Positions 18,716-28,348 of a stretch of DNA of 64,000 nucleotides are shown here, piece after piece (the stretch's first letter is position 1; each line of letters opens with the position of its first letter). The stretch covers positions 384,001 to 448,000 of the forward strand of contig CAWJJC010000022.1 of NCBI GenBank assembly GCA_963843145.1, written 5' to 3'. The notes beneath the pieces are model-generated. The model was not told the DNA's origin. It ran no database searches and saw nothing but the letters and a program-made list of their open reading frames with translations. The DNA comes from an uncultured delta proteobacterium. Lineage in GTDB: Bacteria > Desulfobacterota > RBG-13-43-22. Made by a program: the position numbers and the translations under genes.

Positions 18716-18872
18716 TGCGGGTCTGTATCGTAAATATTTTCAGGAGGTAAAAGGCTACAGGAATTGTTTGAATCTTTAATTGCTATGACTTCTATCCCCT
18801 GAAGGATGGTAGATCCGCTCCGCTTGATCCACCTTGCAGGTATTGAGCGGTGGCTCGGTAAAAGGGAATAGT

Positions 18873-18908
18873 AAAAAAAACCCCGTCGCTCCAAAGAGAA
18901 ACAGGGCC
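18873..18908 (-). terminator. Rho-independent terminator of the galT-glgA-kinase operon
   Basis: Minus strand ccctgt...acgggg followed by a T run. Confidence 0.65.
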
Positions 18909-18957
18909 TTCAGTCCAACTATTTCCTTCCGAAACCGGAGGTGAAGAGCACATCGGA

Positions 18958-19101
18958 TTACATCTTCAGCTTTTCCTCCAACTGCCGGATATCCGCTTCC
19001 AGTTCCTTTTTCTCCCGGGGTGAAAGACGTTCTTCCTCCAGTCGCTTTTTCAGGGCCAGCAGCAGCAGGCCCTCGCGATGTTCATTACAGGAAACGGGCA
19101 T
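18958..19101 (-). CDS. Small 47-aa coiled-coil protein (not in ORF track)
   Basis: MPVSCNEHREGLLLLALKKRLEEERLSPREKKELEADIRQLEEKLKM*, between the response regulator and the terminator. Confidence 0.65.
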   Translation of the reverse strand: MPVSCNEHREGLLLLALKKRLEEERLSPREKKELEADIRQLEEKLKM

Positions 19102-19148
19102 GGGAATTCAGGCCGCTTCCGGTAATGGATAAAACAGCCGGGAAATCA

Positions 19149-19508
19149 TTAATCCTTCAGATGCCGCTTGACCGCGTCTTTCAACTCGGTTAAATCCGAA
19201 GATTTGACCACGTAATCGTCGGAGGCCCAAACCGAAAAATCCTGTTTGAATTCACTATAGGCCGAGCACAGGATAACCGGTATCTGGGGCAGCTTTTCCT
19301 TGATGATCCGCAAGGTATCGATCCCGTTCAGGTCGGGCATGCGAATATCCATGACGATCAAATCCGGAAGATGGTCCAGATCCTCCAAGCGTTCCAGGAC
19401 TTCCCGACCGGTGCCGGCCAGGATCACCTCATAGCCCTCGTCTTCGAACTCCTCCTGGTACAAGCGCTGCAAGGCCTCTTCATCATCGGCGATCAGAATT
19501 CTTTTCAT
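19149..19508 (-). CDS. Single-domain response regulator
   Basis: 'ILIADDE', 'DLIVMDIRMP', 'ILCSAY', 'YVVK'. Confidence 0.92.
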   Translation of the reverse strand: MKRILIADDEEALQRLYQEEFEDEGYEVILAGTGREVLERLEDLDHLPDLIVMDIRMPDLNGIDTLRIIKEKLPQIPVILCSAYSEFKQDFSVWASDDYVVKSSDLTELKDAVKRHLKD

Positions 19509-21936
19509 TAGATTCCTCTCCATTAAATTTAAATTTACGAAACAATGACGGCGATCCCTTCAATAGAGGCAACTTGACAAAGAAAGACACTCCCTCGCCG
19601 GGCCGATTGTCGATTTCCACATTTCCATAATGGCGGGTCACGATTTTATGAACAATGGACAACCCCAACCCTGAACCGCTGGCTTTGGTGGTGAAGAAGG
19701 GGTTGAAGATATTATGCAGGAGTTCCGGGGGAATGCCTCCTCCGGTATCCCTGATTTCCACCGTCACCCAACCCGGATCCGATCCCTTGCTCAGTTCGGT
19801 CCGGATACCCAGGACCCCGCCGTGCGGCATGGCCTGGAGGGCGTTTAAGAAAAGGTTATAGAAGACATGACGGATCTGGCGTCCATCGCAGTACAGCCGG
19901 GGTAGGGGATTCAATTCCTTCTGGACCACAATCCGGCTTTCATCCAATTCCCGTCGGATGAGCTCCAGTGCCCCCTCGACGATCTGGTTCAAGTCTTCCT
20001 CTTTGAACTTGCCTTGGGTATCCTGCGAAAAATCCAAAATCTCGTTTAACGTTTTTTCCAGGCGTTCCACTTCATTAATAATGACTTGGAAATAGGTTTG
20101 AACCTGGGCGTCTCCCTGAAATTTCTTAAAAAGACGGCGGACAAAACCTCCGATGGAAACCAGCGGATTGCGGATTTCATGGGCCATCCCGGCGGCCATT
20201 TCCCCGAGGGCCATTAATTTTTCGGATTCCAAAAGACGTTCCTGGGCCGACTTCAACTCCTGATTGGTCTGTTCAATATATTCATAAAGTCGGGCATTCT
20301 CGATAGCCAACCCGGCCTGACGGGCCAGCATGGATAAAATTTGAAGATCTTCCTCCCTGATCGGATGCCGATTGAGGGAATTGTCCACGGAGATCACCCC
20401 GATCACCTTGTCTTTGGCAAAGATGGGTACCGAGGCAAAGGCATCGATGCCCAACCGTTCCACGAGGCCTTTGTTGGTGCGGGGGTCCTGTTGGGCCCCT
20501 TTAATTGAAAAAACCCGTCCTTCCAGCACAGTCTGGGCCAGAATTCCGTTCTCCTTGCTCAACGGAATGGCGATGGGCTGGAGCAGGCGGTCCAAGGCCA
20601 GGGCCTCGGCCGATACCTGGGAGGCCTTGGAAACCAGCAGTTGACTTAATCCCGTTCCGGAAGTGTCGGGCTTTTCTTTGGCTGAAACCGTTTCCAGTTC
20701 CTGGACCGATCCTTTAACGGCCTTCAGCCTTTTGCTTTCCTCATCCACCAATAGAAGAATCGCCCGATTGAACCCCAGGCCTTCTTTCAGGGTGATGGAT
20801 TCCAGGATAATCCGGAGCAGTTCCTCATAGGAGGCCGTGGTCATCATGGCGCTGTTGATTTGATAAAGGATCGACAGGCTTTTGACCATCATTTCGTTTT
20901 TTCGAGCCAGGGCCTCCAACTGCTGAAAAGTCAGGGCGTTTTCCAGGGAACTGGCGATGATATTGCCGATGGTGGAGAGGATGGACAGCTCGTCCTGGCT
21001 GAATTGGGCCTCGCCCTCCGTTTCCCTAGCCACCCGCCCATAGACGCATAAACGTCCTTGATAAGGCCCTTTAAAGTGCAGCGGGGCACACATCCAGGAA
21101 GTCGGAGCATTCTCTCCCCTGGAGCGGGCCTTGGGTTGCCTTTCCTCCGGGACGGCCGGGATGGGGGCTTTGGGAGTTTCCAGGGGTGAAATATAGGGCC
21201 CCTTTCCCTCGAGGATTTCCCGGGTTAAAACACCCTTGGTGAAAGGCGGGATGACTCCAAATTCGGCTTCGATTTTGACGGCCTGATCGGCCCCATTGGT
21301 AATAATCAGCGCCGACCCCCTGGCGTTGATCACCTGGGCGATAATGGCCACGGTTCGTTTAGCCAGATCTTCCAATTCCAGGGTGGAGCCGATGACTTTT
21401 CCCACCTGGTAGAGAACGCTTAACTCCGCAATCCGCTTCTTCGCTTCGGTATACACTCTTGAATTTCGGATCACCCCGGCCATTTCCCGGCAGACCATTT
21501 GGAGAATCTCCTGCTCCTCCTCTCCCTGGCCCTGCCCTTCCTGGGATAGCAGACAAAGCAGTCCGTATAAATAATTATCATCTTCCACCGGCCAGACCAG
21601 CAAGGAGGCATATCCCTTTAAAAAGGGTATTTTTAATATGTTTTTATGCTCCCGGCGGTTTAATCGGGGGATGAAGAGGAATCGCCGGCTTTTCAAACAG
21701 TCGGCAAAAGGGTTCTTTTCCAGGGGGATCGACCAGGTCGGCCGGGGGACCTCGCGGGGGCTGATACTTTTCAGTTCCAACCTGTCCTTGTTGGGATGCA
21801 GGAGTAAAAGTACCCCTTTTTGAATATCTCCCCGATGGGTTACTATCTCCAGAATACCCTGCAGGCGCTCGTCAAAATCAATGTTGGCGTTGGCGACCTG
21901 GATAACTTTTTTAATCGTTTGAATTCCGGATTCCAC
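19483..21936 (-). CDS. Multi-GAF sensor histidine kinase
   Basis: Three GAF repeats ending in '..ENA../RNS'; H-box 'AHEIRNPL'; 'NALQAM', 'DTGGG', 'FFTTK..GSGLGL'. Confidence 0.92.
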   Translation of the reverse strand: MESGIQTIKKVIQVANANIDFDERLQGILEIVTHRGDIQKGVLLLLHPNKDRLELKSISPREVPRPTWSIPLEKNPFADCLKSRRFLFIPRLNRREHKNILKIPFLKGYASLLVWPVEDDNYLYGLLCLLSQEGQGQGEEEQEILQMVCREMAGVIRNSRVYTEAKKRIAELSVLYQVGKVIGSTLELEDLAKRTVAIIAQVINARGSALIITNGADQAVKIEAEFGVIPPFTKGVLTREILEGKGPYISPLETPKAPIPAVPEERQPKARSRGENAPTSWMCAPLHFKGPYQGRLCVYGRVARETEGEAQFSQDELSILSTIGNIIASSLENALTFQQLEALARKNEMMVKSLSILYQINSAMMTTASYEELLRIILESITLKEGLGFNRAILLLVDEESKRLKAVKGSVQELETVSAKEKPDTSGTGLSQLLVSKASQVSAEALALDRLLQPIAIPLSKENGILAQTVLEGRVFSIKGAQQDPRTNKGLVERLGIDAFASVPIFAKDKVIGVISVDNSLNRHPIREEDLQILSMLARQAGLAIENARLYEYIEQTNQELKSAQERLLESEKLMALGEMAAGMAHEIRNPLVSIGGFVRRLFKKFQGDAQVQTYFQVIINEVERLEKTLNEILDFSQDTQGKFKEEDLNQIVEGALELIRRELDESRIVVQKELNPLPRLYCDGRQIRHVFYNLFLNALQAMPHGGVLGIRTELSKGSDPGWVTVEIRDTGGGIPPELLHNIFNPFFTTKASGSGLGLSIVHKIVTRHYGNVEIDNRPGEGVSFFVKLPLLKGSPSLFRKFKFNGEESNEKNSDRR

Positions 21937-21940
21937 GTGT

Positions 21941-23401
21941 CTAGCGGTTCCTCTTTATGGCGATCGCCTTCCGGTACAATTGTTGATAGGCCTCGGCGGA
22001 TTTGGCCCAGGAGAAATCCTGGGCCATGGCCCTTTGCATCAAACGAGTCCAGCGCGGTTTATCTCGAAAAAGGTTCAGTGCCCGTTGGATCGTCTGCCAA
22101 AACTTTTCGGGTTCATATTCTTTGAATTTAAAACCGGTCCCCTGTTCGGTGTGAGGATTATAGTCTTCCACGGTATCATCCAATCCGCCCACGGCCCGGA
22201 CGATGGGGATGGTCCCGTATTTGAGGGCGTACATTTGATCTAGACCGCAAGGTTCATAACGGGAGGGCATCAGTAAAATATCCGCCCCGCCCTGTATGAG
22301 ATGGGCCAGATTGTCCTGGTAATTCAATTCCAGTCCGATTTGTCCGGGGTATTTTTTCACCATTTCCAAAGCCCAGCTTTGATAATGGTCCACCCCTTGC
22401 CCCATCAAAATGACTTCCAGATCCAATTCCATTAACTTGGGGAAAACTTGACTGATTAAATCCAGACCTTTTCGGTCCAGCAATCTGGAAATAATGGCTA
22501 TAATAGGGGTTTCCGCTTTCTTTTTTAGCAGAAAAAGCCCCTGCAGGTGATTTTTGCAAACCTTTTTCTTGCCCAGATCGGCAGCGGAATAACGGGCCGG
22601 CAGCAAGGGATCGACGGAAGGATTCCAGACCTCATAATCCACCCCGTTAAGGACGGCGAAAAGGTCTTTCTCCCGATTTTTCAGCACTCCTTCCAACCCG
22701 AAGCCGTTTTCCGGGGTCAGAATTTCGTTCCGATAGGTTGGACTTACCGTGTTGATCAGGTCCGCGAAGATGATCCCGCCTTTCATCAAATTGATCTTTC
22801 CAAAAAATTCCAGGGCGTTGGGGGTGAAAAGTTCCCAACCTAACCCGGTGAGGTGCAGATCATAATGCCAGAACAGGCCCTGATACCCCAAATTATGAAT
22901 GGTGAACAGACTGGCCGTGGACGCTAATTCCTCCTCCTGGGTGTAAATCGTTTTTAAATAAACCGGGATCAATCCCGTCTGCCAGTCATGGCAGTGAATC
23001 AGGTCCGGCTTTAGTCCCAGGGACTTGCAAAGTTCCAGTGTGGCCCGGGAGAAAAAGATAAATCGTTCGGCATTGTCCTGATAATCCCCGTATTCATTAC
23101 CGTAAAGTCCCTCCCGATCATAGAGGTCATCCTGACCGATCAGGTATACCGGGATTTGATCTTTTAAAGAGGATTGATAGACCTGGGCCGTTTTCTTCAT
23201 CCAGGAAATGGGGACTTCCAGGGCCGTCTCCACGAGCTTCAGGGAAGGTTTATTGGGTGAGGGGAGTCGATACTTTGGGGTTACCACGATGATCTCATGG
23301 CCCAAACGTCCCAGATAAGATGGCAGTGACTGGGAAACATCGGCCAGGCCTCCGGCCCGGGAGAAGGGTAGGACCTCGGAAGTAACAAAGAGAATCTTCA
23401 T
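21941..23401 (-). CDS. glgA: Glycogen synthase
   Basis: 'SEVLPFSRAGGLADV', 'HCHDWQT', 'TIHNLGYQG', 'VSPTY', 'PSRYEPCGL'. Confidence 0.93.
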   Translation of the reverse strand: MKILFVTSEVLPFSRAGGLADVSQSLPSYLGRLGHEIIVVTPKYRLPSPNKPSLKLVETALEVPISWMKKTAQVYQSSLKDQIPVYLIGQDDLYDREGLYGNEYGDYQDNAERFIFFSRATLELCKSLGLKPDLIHCHDWQTGLIPVYLKTIYTQEEELASTASLFTIHNLGYQGLFWHYDLHLTGLGWELFTPNALEFFGKINLMKGGIIFADLINTVSPTYRNEILTPENGFGLEGVLKNREKDLFAVLNGVDYEVWNPSVDPLLPARYSAADLGKKKVCKNHLQGLFLLKKKAETPIIAIISRLLDRKGLDLISQVFPKLMELDLEVILMGQGVDHYQSWALEMVKKYPGQIGLELNYQDNLAHLIQGGADILLMPSRYEPCGLDQMYALKYGTIPIVRAVGGLDDTVEDYNPHTEQGTGFKFKEYEPEKFWQTIQRALNLFRDKPRWTRLMQRAMAQDFSWAKSAEAYQQLYRKAIAIKRNR

Positions 23402-23411
23402 GGTTTCTCCA

Positions 23412-24410
23412 TCATAAAGTAACATCCCTCAAAAACTTGGCCGCGTCTTCGGGAGGGGTCGGGTTAATGTAAAAACCGGATCCCCATTCAAAACCGGCAA
23501 TGCGGGTCAGTTTAGGGACTATCTCGAAATGCCAATGGTAATACTCCTGGTGGTTTTCCTTAACCGGTGAGGTGTGGAGCATGAAATTATAGGGTCGTTT
23601 ATTCAGCGCCTTATCCAGGCGTTTCAGGGATTCCGAAAAAATTTCAGCCAGGGCGCGGTTTTGAGTCTCGGTGATCTGGGTGTAATCGGCGTTATGGATT
23701 TTGGGGATGATCCAGACCTCAAAGGGTTGGCGGGGGGCGAAAGGCGCGATAACCAGGAATTCATCATTTTCGCAAACCAGTCGGATCTTCTGTTCCTGTT
23801 CCTGGCGAAGGAGGTCGCAATACACGCAGCGATCCTTATAACTGAAATATTTTTTGGAGCCGTTCAATTCTTCGGAGGCAATCTCCGGGATAACCGGGAG
23901 GGCAATTAATTGGGAATGGCTGTGCTCCAGGGAGGCCCCGGCCGAACGCCCCTGGTTTTTAAAAATAAGGATGTAGCGGAAGCGGGGATCTTTCGACAGA
24001 TCCACAATGCGGTCACGATAGGCCCGGAGGACGTCCTGGAACCTTTCCAGGGGCATGGTGGAAAGGGTCTCCTCGTGATTAGGGGTTTCGATAATTACTT
24101 CGTGAGCCCCGATGCCATTCATTTTGTCATAAAGCCCGTCGCCCAGTTTTCCTAGGTTTCCCTCAATCACCAAGGCGGGGAACTTGTTCGCCACGACGCG
24201 CAAGGTCCATCCCGGGCTATTGGCTTCCCCCCCCGCCGGCCGAAAAGCAGCAATCTCCGGTGGGGTGGTCTTTTCATTCCCGGGATCGAAGGGACAAAAA
24301 CCGCCTTTTGCCGTTTCTTCTTCCGGGGCGAAATCAAATGGTCTCTTAGCCCTTTCCGTGGCTATAATCACCCATCGTCCCACAATGGGGTCTTTGCGTA
24401 ATTCGGGCAT
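23412..24410 (-). CDS. galT: GalT-family nucleotidyltransferase (galactose-1-phosphate uridylyltransferase / ADP-glucose phosphorylase-like)
   Basis: 'ELRKDP..WVIIATERAKRP', 'NKFPAL', 'GASLEHSHSQ', 'AGFEWGSG'. Confidence 0.88.
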   Translation of the reverse strand: MPELRKDPIVGRWVIIATERAKRPFDFAPEEETAKGGFCPFDPGNEKTTPPEIAAFRPAGGEANSPGWTLRVVANKFPALVIEGNLGKLGDGLYDKMNGIGAHEVIIETPNHEETLSTMPLERFQDVLRAYRDRIVDLSKDPRFRYILIFKNQGRSAGASLEHSHSQLIALPVIPEIASEELNGSKKYFSYKDRCVYCDLLRQEQEQKIRLVCENDEFLVIAPFAPRQPFEVWIIPKIHNADYTQITETQNRALAEIFSESLKRLDKALNKRPYNFMLHTSPVKENHQEYYHWHFEIVPKLTRIAGFEWGSGFYINPTPPEDAAKFLRDVTL

Positions 24411-24725
24411 TGCCTCCTCCTGATTGAAAGGGAATGAACCGTAAGGCGGTTTTAGGCCCGGTCCTCTGAGCCGTAACGATTTTCACCCCATCCCGGTTCA
24501 CTCGATTTTCTGGAATCATATTAACACAATGCAATTTTATCATTCTTCCTCCTGAAAGTATATGCTAAAACCAGAGTTTTTCCACTTGACAGTCCGGCTG
24601 CTCCCGTTTAATAACAAATTCAGAGTCTTTTGATGAATCCTCGGCCGGCTCGGCCTCCTGGACGATTTAAGAACACGGGGGGGCCGGTTAGGACCTGAGG
24701 GAAATACAGAAAGGGGCGGATAACA

Positions 24726-25406
24726 TTGAGGGAACTTTTTAAAACCCTACCCAAGGCCTTCCTGTTTTTTCTAATAACCGCGGCGCTGTTTTCTTGTCGT
24801 TCCTTCCTGCCGGCCGAAAAAGTGGTCTCTGCCCCGCCGCCCCCTTTAAAGCAGGGATTGCCGTCCTCTTTGGCCGTTCCTCCCGAGGCCGCACCCGCGG
24901 AAGATATCCCTCCCCTGGAACCTCGAAAACCGGCCGCTGTCAGGAAGCCTCCTCTGCTCCCTCCTCCTTCGATCGCTCTCTCGGAAGAATGGTTGATCGT
25001 GATTAAAAAAGGGAAACGCAAGCTTAACCTTTACCGGGATTGCCGGCTGGTTAAAACGTTTCCCATTGATCTGGGGGAAAACCCCCAGGGCCCCAAGCTT
25101 TGTCAGGGAGATATGCGGACTCCCGAGGGCTTGTATCGAGTCATCGAAAAAAAAGATCGGGGACAGACCAAATATTTTATGGCCCTGCTCTTGGATTATC
25201 CCAACGAACAGGACCGGGTGAGGCATGATTTGGCGGTCAGGAAAGGAAAAATTCCATCCGAAGCCGGGCTCGGTGGGTCAATCGAAATACATGGGGAAGG
25301 TCGAGGAGAGGATTGGACCTATGGTTGCGTCGCCCTCTATAATCAGCATATGACCGAGCTTTTTAAAAACATTCCCCCCGGCACCCCGGTCTTGATTGAT
25401 CCATAA
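24726..25406 (+). CDS. L,D-transpeptidase (YkuD) family lipoprotein
   Basis: Lipobox-like 'LFSC'; 'GDMRTPEG', 'IEIHG...WTYGC'. Confidence 0.85.
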   Translation: MRELFKTLPKAFLFFLITAALFSCRSFLPAEKVVSAPPPPLKQGLPSSLAVPPEAAPAEDIPPLEPRKPAAVRKPPLLPPPSIALSEEWLIVIKKGKRKLNLYRDCRLVKTFPIDLGENPQGPKLCQGDMRTPEGLYRVIEKKDRGQTKYFMALLLDYPNEQDRVRHDLAVRKGKIPSEAGLGGSIEIHGEGRGEDWTYGCVALYNQHMTELFKNIPPGTPVLIDP

Positions 25407-25501
25407 ATTTCTTCCCCCATGGCCTTTTCTTAGGGTCCCTCTTGCTTGACTAAATAAGAAGAATGATTATCATTTCAATAAATATGTTATTGGAGGGATA
25501 A

Positions 25502-25717
25502 ATGCCGATTTACGAATATAATTGTCTAGATTGTTCTAAGACCTTTGAAAAGATTGTTTGGAATACCGAGGAGAAAGAGGTATGTTGCCCTTATTGCCAG
25601 GGGAAAAATAACCTTCGTGTTCTTTCAGGTTTTTCCAAAGGGAGCGGGGGGATCAAAGGTATTTCGGCTGCTTCCAACTGTGGTCCCTCCAGCGGCGGGT
25701 TTTCCTGAGCCCATTAA
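25502..25717 (+). CDS. FmdB-family zinc-ribbon protein, possibly with Sec at TGA 25706 (ends at 25708 if the TGA is a stop)
   Basis: 'MPIYEYNCLDC...CPYC'; the TGA is followed by Ala-His-TAA and a SECIS-like hairpin. Confidence 0.88.
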
Positions 25718-25719
25718 AC

Positions 25720-25736
25720 AGGAACCGTGGGTTCCT
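25720..25736 (+). promoter_or_regulatory. Candidate bacterial SECIS hairpin 1
   Basis: AGGAACC-GTG-GGTTCCT perfect 7-bp stem; G-first loop starts 18 nt after the TGA. Confidence 0.65.
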
Positions 25737-25750
25737 AAGGAAAAACGACT

Positions 25751-25903
25751 ATGAAGACGGTAATTTGGATGGTGGTGATTTTTGGGGCCTGGTATTTAAT
25801 CAATCGCTGGATACTGCCTAAAATGGGGGTTCCTACCTGAATGGCCCCAAACTCCTGCCAGGTTCCTGGCCGGGACAATAAAGGGGCCGATAAACCGCTT
25901 TGA
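25751..25903 (+). CDS. Candidate 50-aa membrane-anchored selenoprotein (not in ORF track)
   Basis: AAGGA RBS; MKTVIWMVVIFGAWYLINRWILPKMGVPT-U-MAPNSCQVPGRDNKGADKPL*; TGA at 25838 followed by a GCCAG-GTTC-CTGGC hairpin whose loop starts 21 nt downstream. Confidence 0.65.
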
Positions 25904-25919
25904 TGGATCCAGGGGGATT

Positions 25920-26516
25920 TTAGGGGGATGGTTGGGCTTGGTCCTTCTTGGGCCCCTGAGCATTGAACTCATTCATAGCCCGTTCAACGCCGTCCCGGAG
26001 TATCATTTCCAAGGCCAAGCCGGCTTCCTCCACCAGTTGTTCCATTTCCGCACGCCGGCTTGCCGGGATTGTTTCCAGCACGTATACTTCCGGCGGTTGA
26101 TCTCCGGGGGGGCGTCCTACACCCAGGCGTAGTCGGACAAAAACGTTGGTTTGCAGGTGTTCGATCAGGGAAAGGACCCCTCGGTGGCCCGCTGCTCCGC
26201 CTTTGGCTACGATCCGTATTCGGCCCCAGGCCAAATCCAAATCATCGTGGACCACCACCAACCGCTCGGGGCTGCTGTGAAAATAGCGAACCCAGTGACC
26301 GACCGCCACCCCGCTTAAATTCATATAGGTCTGGGGAAGAAGGAGGTGAACTTTATGTCCCTCAATGTTTCCCTGACCGAAAATACTTTGAAATTTTTTT
26401 TGATTTAACGAAATTCGATGATTCTGGGCCAGGGTTTCAATCACCCTGAAGCCCAGATTGTGGCGGGTAAATTGATATTTTCGACCTGGATTCCCTAAAC
26501 CGGCAATCAGGTACAC
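25920..26516 (-). CDS. pth: Peptidyl-tRNA hydrolase
   Basis: 'GLGNPG..Y..TRHNLG', 'PQTYMNLSG', 'HDDLDL', 'GHRG'. Confidence 0.95.
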   Translation of the reverse strand: MYLIAGLGNPGRKYQFTRHNLGFRVIETLAQNHRISLNQKKFQSIFGQGNIEGHKVHLLLPQTYMNLSGVAVGHWVRYFHSSPERLVVVHDDLDLAWGRIRIVAKGGAAGHRGVLSLIEHLQTNVFVRLRLGVGRPPGDQPPEVYVLETIPASRRAEMEQLVEEAGLALEMILRDGVERAMNEFNAQGPKKDQAQPSP

Positions 26517-26530
26517 GGACGCCGCTTCCC

Positions 26531-27178
26531 CTATTCTTCTTTAGGTTTACCCTTTTTGGAAACCACTTCCACCTCAGCCGCCCCGGCCGTCGCTTCCTCA
26601 GCCGCCTTTTCCTCTATGGGCGGAACGACGGTGATTATGGTGGTTTGGGGATCGTTCAAGACCTGGATTTCTTCAGGCAATTGAAGATCTCGTACATGGA
26701 TGGAATCCCCGATATCCAGTCCGCTGATATCCACTTCAATATATTCCGGAATATTTCGGGGCAGGCAGCGAATCTGCAGATCGCGCCGGGCTTCTTGCAG
26801 CATTCCCCCTTTTTCCACGCCCTTCGCCTTTCCCAGAATCCGCAGACCCACTTCCACCTCCAGTTCCTTGGTCAGGGAAACCTCATAAAAGTCCACATGG
26901 AGGAAAGCCCGGCTGACCGGGTCCTTCTGAAGTTCTTTGAGCATGGCCGTTCTTGATTCTTCCCGTCCCTCCCCTTTTAACTGCACCTGAAAGAAGAGAT
27001 TCTCGCCGGAATGTTTTTTAAATATCTTTTCCAAGTCCATTTGTCGGACATAAAGGGAAATGGGCTGGGTTTCAGGACCGTAAAAAACAGCCGGAATTTG
27101 TCCCGACCGGCGCAAGGTTCGGGCCGGCCCCTTCCCCGATTGATTTCGGATAAATGCTTCTACCTGAATTTGTTCCAT
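26531..27178 (-). CDS. rplY: 50S ribosomal protein L25 (Ctc form)
   Basis: 'GKGPARTLRRSGQIPAVFYG', 'HVDF', 'GDSIHVRDL'; synteny between prs and pth. Confidence 0.95.
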   Translation of the reverse strand: MEQIQVEAFIRNQSGKGPARTLRRSGQIPAVFYGPETQPISLYVRQMDLEKIFKKHSGENLFFQVQLKGEGREESRTAMLKELQKDPVSRAFLHVDFYEVSLTKELEVEVGLRILGKAKGVEKGGMLQEARRDLQIRCLPRNIPEYIEVDISGLDIGDSIHVRDLQLPEEIQVLNDPQTTIITVVPPIEEKAAEEATAGAAEVEVVSKKGKPKEE

Positions 27179-27239
27179 GGTAACTCCTCATCTTTTTCCA
27201 GGCCCGGGCCTGCAACCTATTATTTTTTGTTTTAATTCG

Positions 27240-28181
27240 TTAGATAAATAAAGAACTGACCGAATCTTCCATATGGATCCGCTTGATGGCTTCCCCTAAC
27301 AAAGAGGAAACCGATAAGGCCTTAATCTTAGAACATTCTTTCGCCCGGGAGGAAAGGGGAATGGTATCGGTTACCACCAATTCATTTAGAGGAGAATTTT
27401 CGATTCGCTCCAAGGCCGGTCCGGATAAAACGGCATGGGTGGCGCAGGCAGAGATTCTTTTCGCCCCCGCTTCGGCCAAGGCCACCGCTGCTTTGGTCAG
27501 GGTCCCGGCCGTATCAACCATATCGTCCAGCAAAACGGCGTTCATGTCGTTGACCTGCCCGACGATATTCATCACTTCGGAGGAATTGGGACGGTCCCTT
27601 CTTTTATCGACGATGGCGAAATTGGCATTGAGTCGTTTGGCAAAGGCCCGGGCCCGTTCCGCCCCGCCCACATCCGGCGATACCAATACAATGTTGTTCA
27701 GAAAATGCTCCCGGATGTAATTGATCAGTATCGGGGCGGCGAAAAGATTGTCCACCGGAATGTTGAAGAAACCCTGAATCTGGCCGGCGTGGAGATCCAT
27801 GGTCAAAACCCGGCGGGTGCCGGCGGCCGTAATCAGGTCGGCCACGAGCTTGGCGCTGATGGGAACGCGAGGGGCCACCTTGCGGTCCTGCCGGGCATAC
27901 CCATAATAAGGCATAACCGCCGTGATCCGTCGCGCCGAAGCCCTCCGCAAGGCATCCATGATGATCAGCATTTCCATTAAATTGTCGTTGACCGGAGAAC
28001 AGGTGGACTGCATCACAAAAACGTCCTTCCCGCGGACGTTTTCCCCGATCTCCACAAAAATTTCCCCGTCACTGAATCGTCTGACCTGGACCAAGCCCAG
28101 CGGAATGCCCAAATAATCACAGATGCTTTCAGCCAATTGCGGGTTGGAATTGCCGGTAAAAAATTTTAACTGATCGTCCAT
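27240..28181 (-). CDS. prs: Ribose-phosphate pyrophosphokinase
   Basis: 'FSDGE', 'YGYARQDRK', '[11 protein letters not shown]', 'DDMVDTAGT'. Confidence 0.96.
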   Translation of the reverse strand: MDDQLKFFTGNSNPQLAESICDYLGIPLGLVQVRRFSDGEIFVEIGENVRGKDVFVMQSTCSPVNDNLMEMLIIMDALRRASARRITAVMPYYGYARQDRKVAPRVPISAKLVADLITAAGTRRVLTMDLHAGQIQGFFNIPVDNLFAAPILINYIREHFLNNIVLVSPDVGGAERARAFAKRLNANFAIVDKRRDRPNSSEVMNIVGQVNDMNAVLLDDMVDTAGTLTKAAVALAEAGAKRISACATHAVLSGPALERIENSPLNELVVTDTIPLSSRAKECSKIKALSVSSLLGEAIKRIHMEDSVSSLFI

Positions 28182-28238
28182 GGTTTCCTTACATTCCGAC
28201 TCGATCCAGGGGTATTTAAGTGACGCCATATAAATAGT

Positions 28239-28313
28239 TGGCTGGGGTGGGAGGATTCGAACCTCCGAATGCGGGTTCCAAAGACCCGTGTCTTACCGCT
28301 TGACGACACCCCA
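28239..28313 (-). tRNA. tRNA-Gln (anticodon TTG)
   Basis: Minus strand TGGGGTG...anticodon arm CGGGT-CTTTGGA-ACCCG...GGTTCGAATCC...CACCCCAGCCA with encoded CCA; classic position between ispE and prs. Confidence 0.96.
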
Positions 28314-28348
28314 ATCGTTTTAAGCCAAACGGACTGTTCGGTATCCCG

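Noticed and set aside
16320-18900. Integron cassette array
   Set aside because: TA genes and short ORFs suggested it, but I found no convincing attC sites (RYYYAAC...GTTRRRY) and no integrase.
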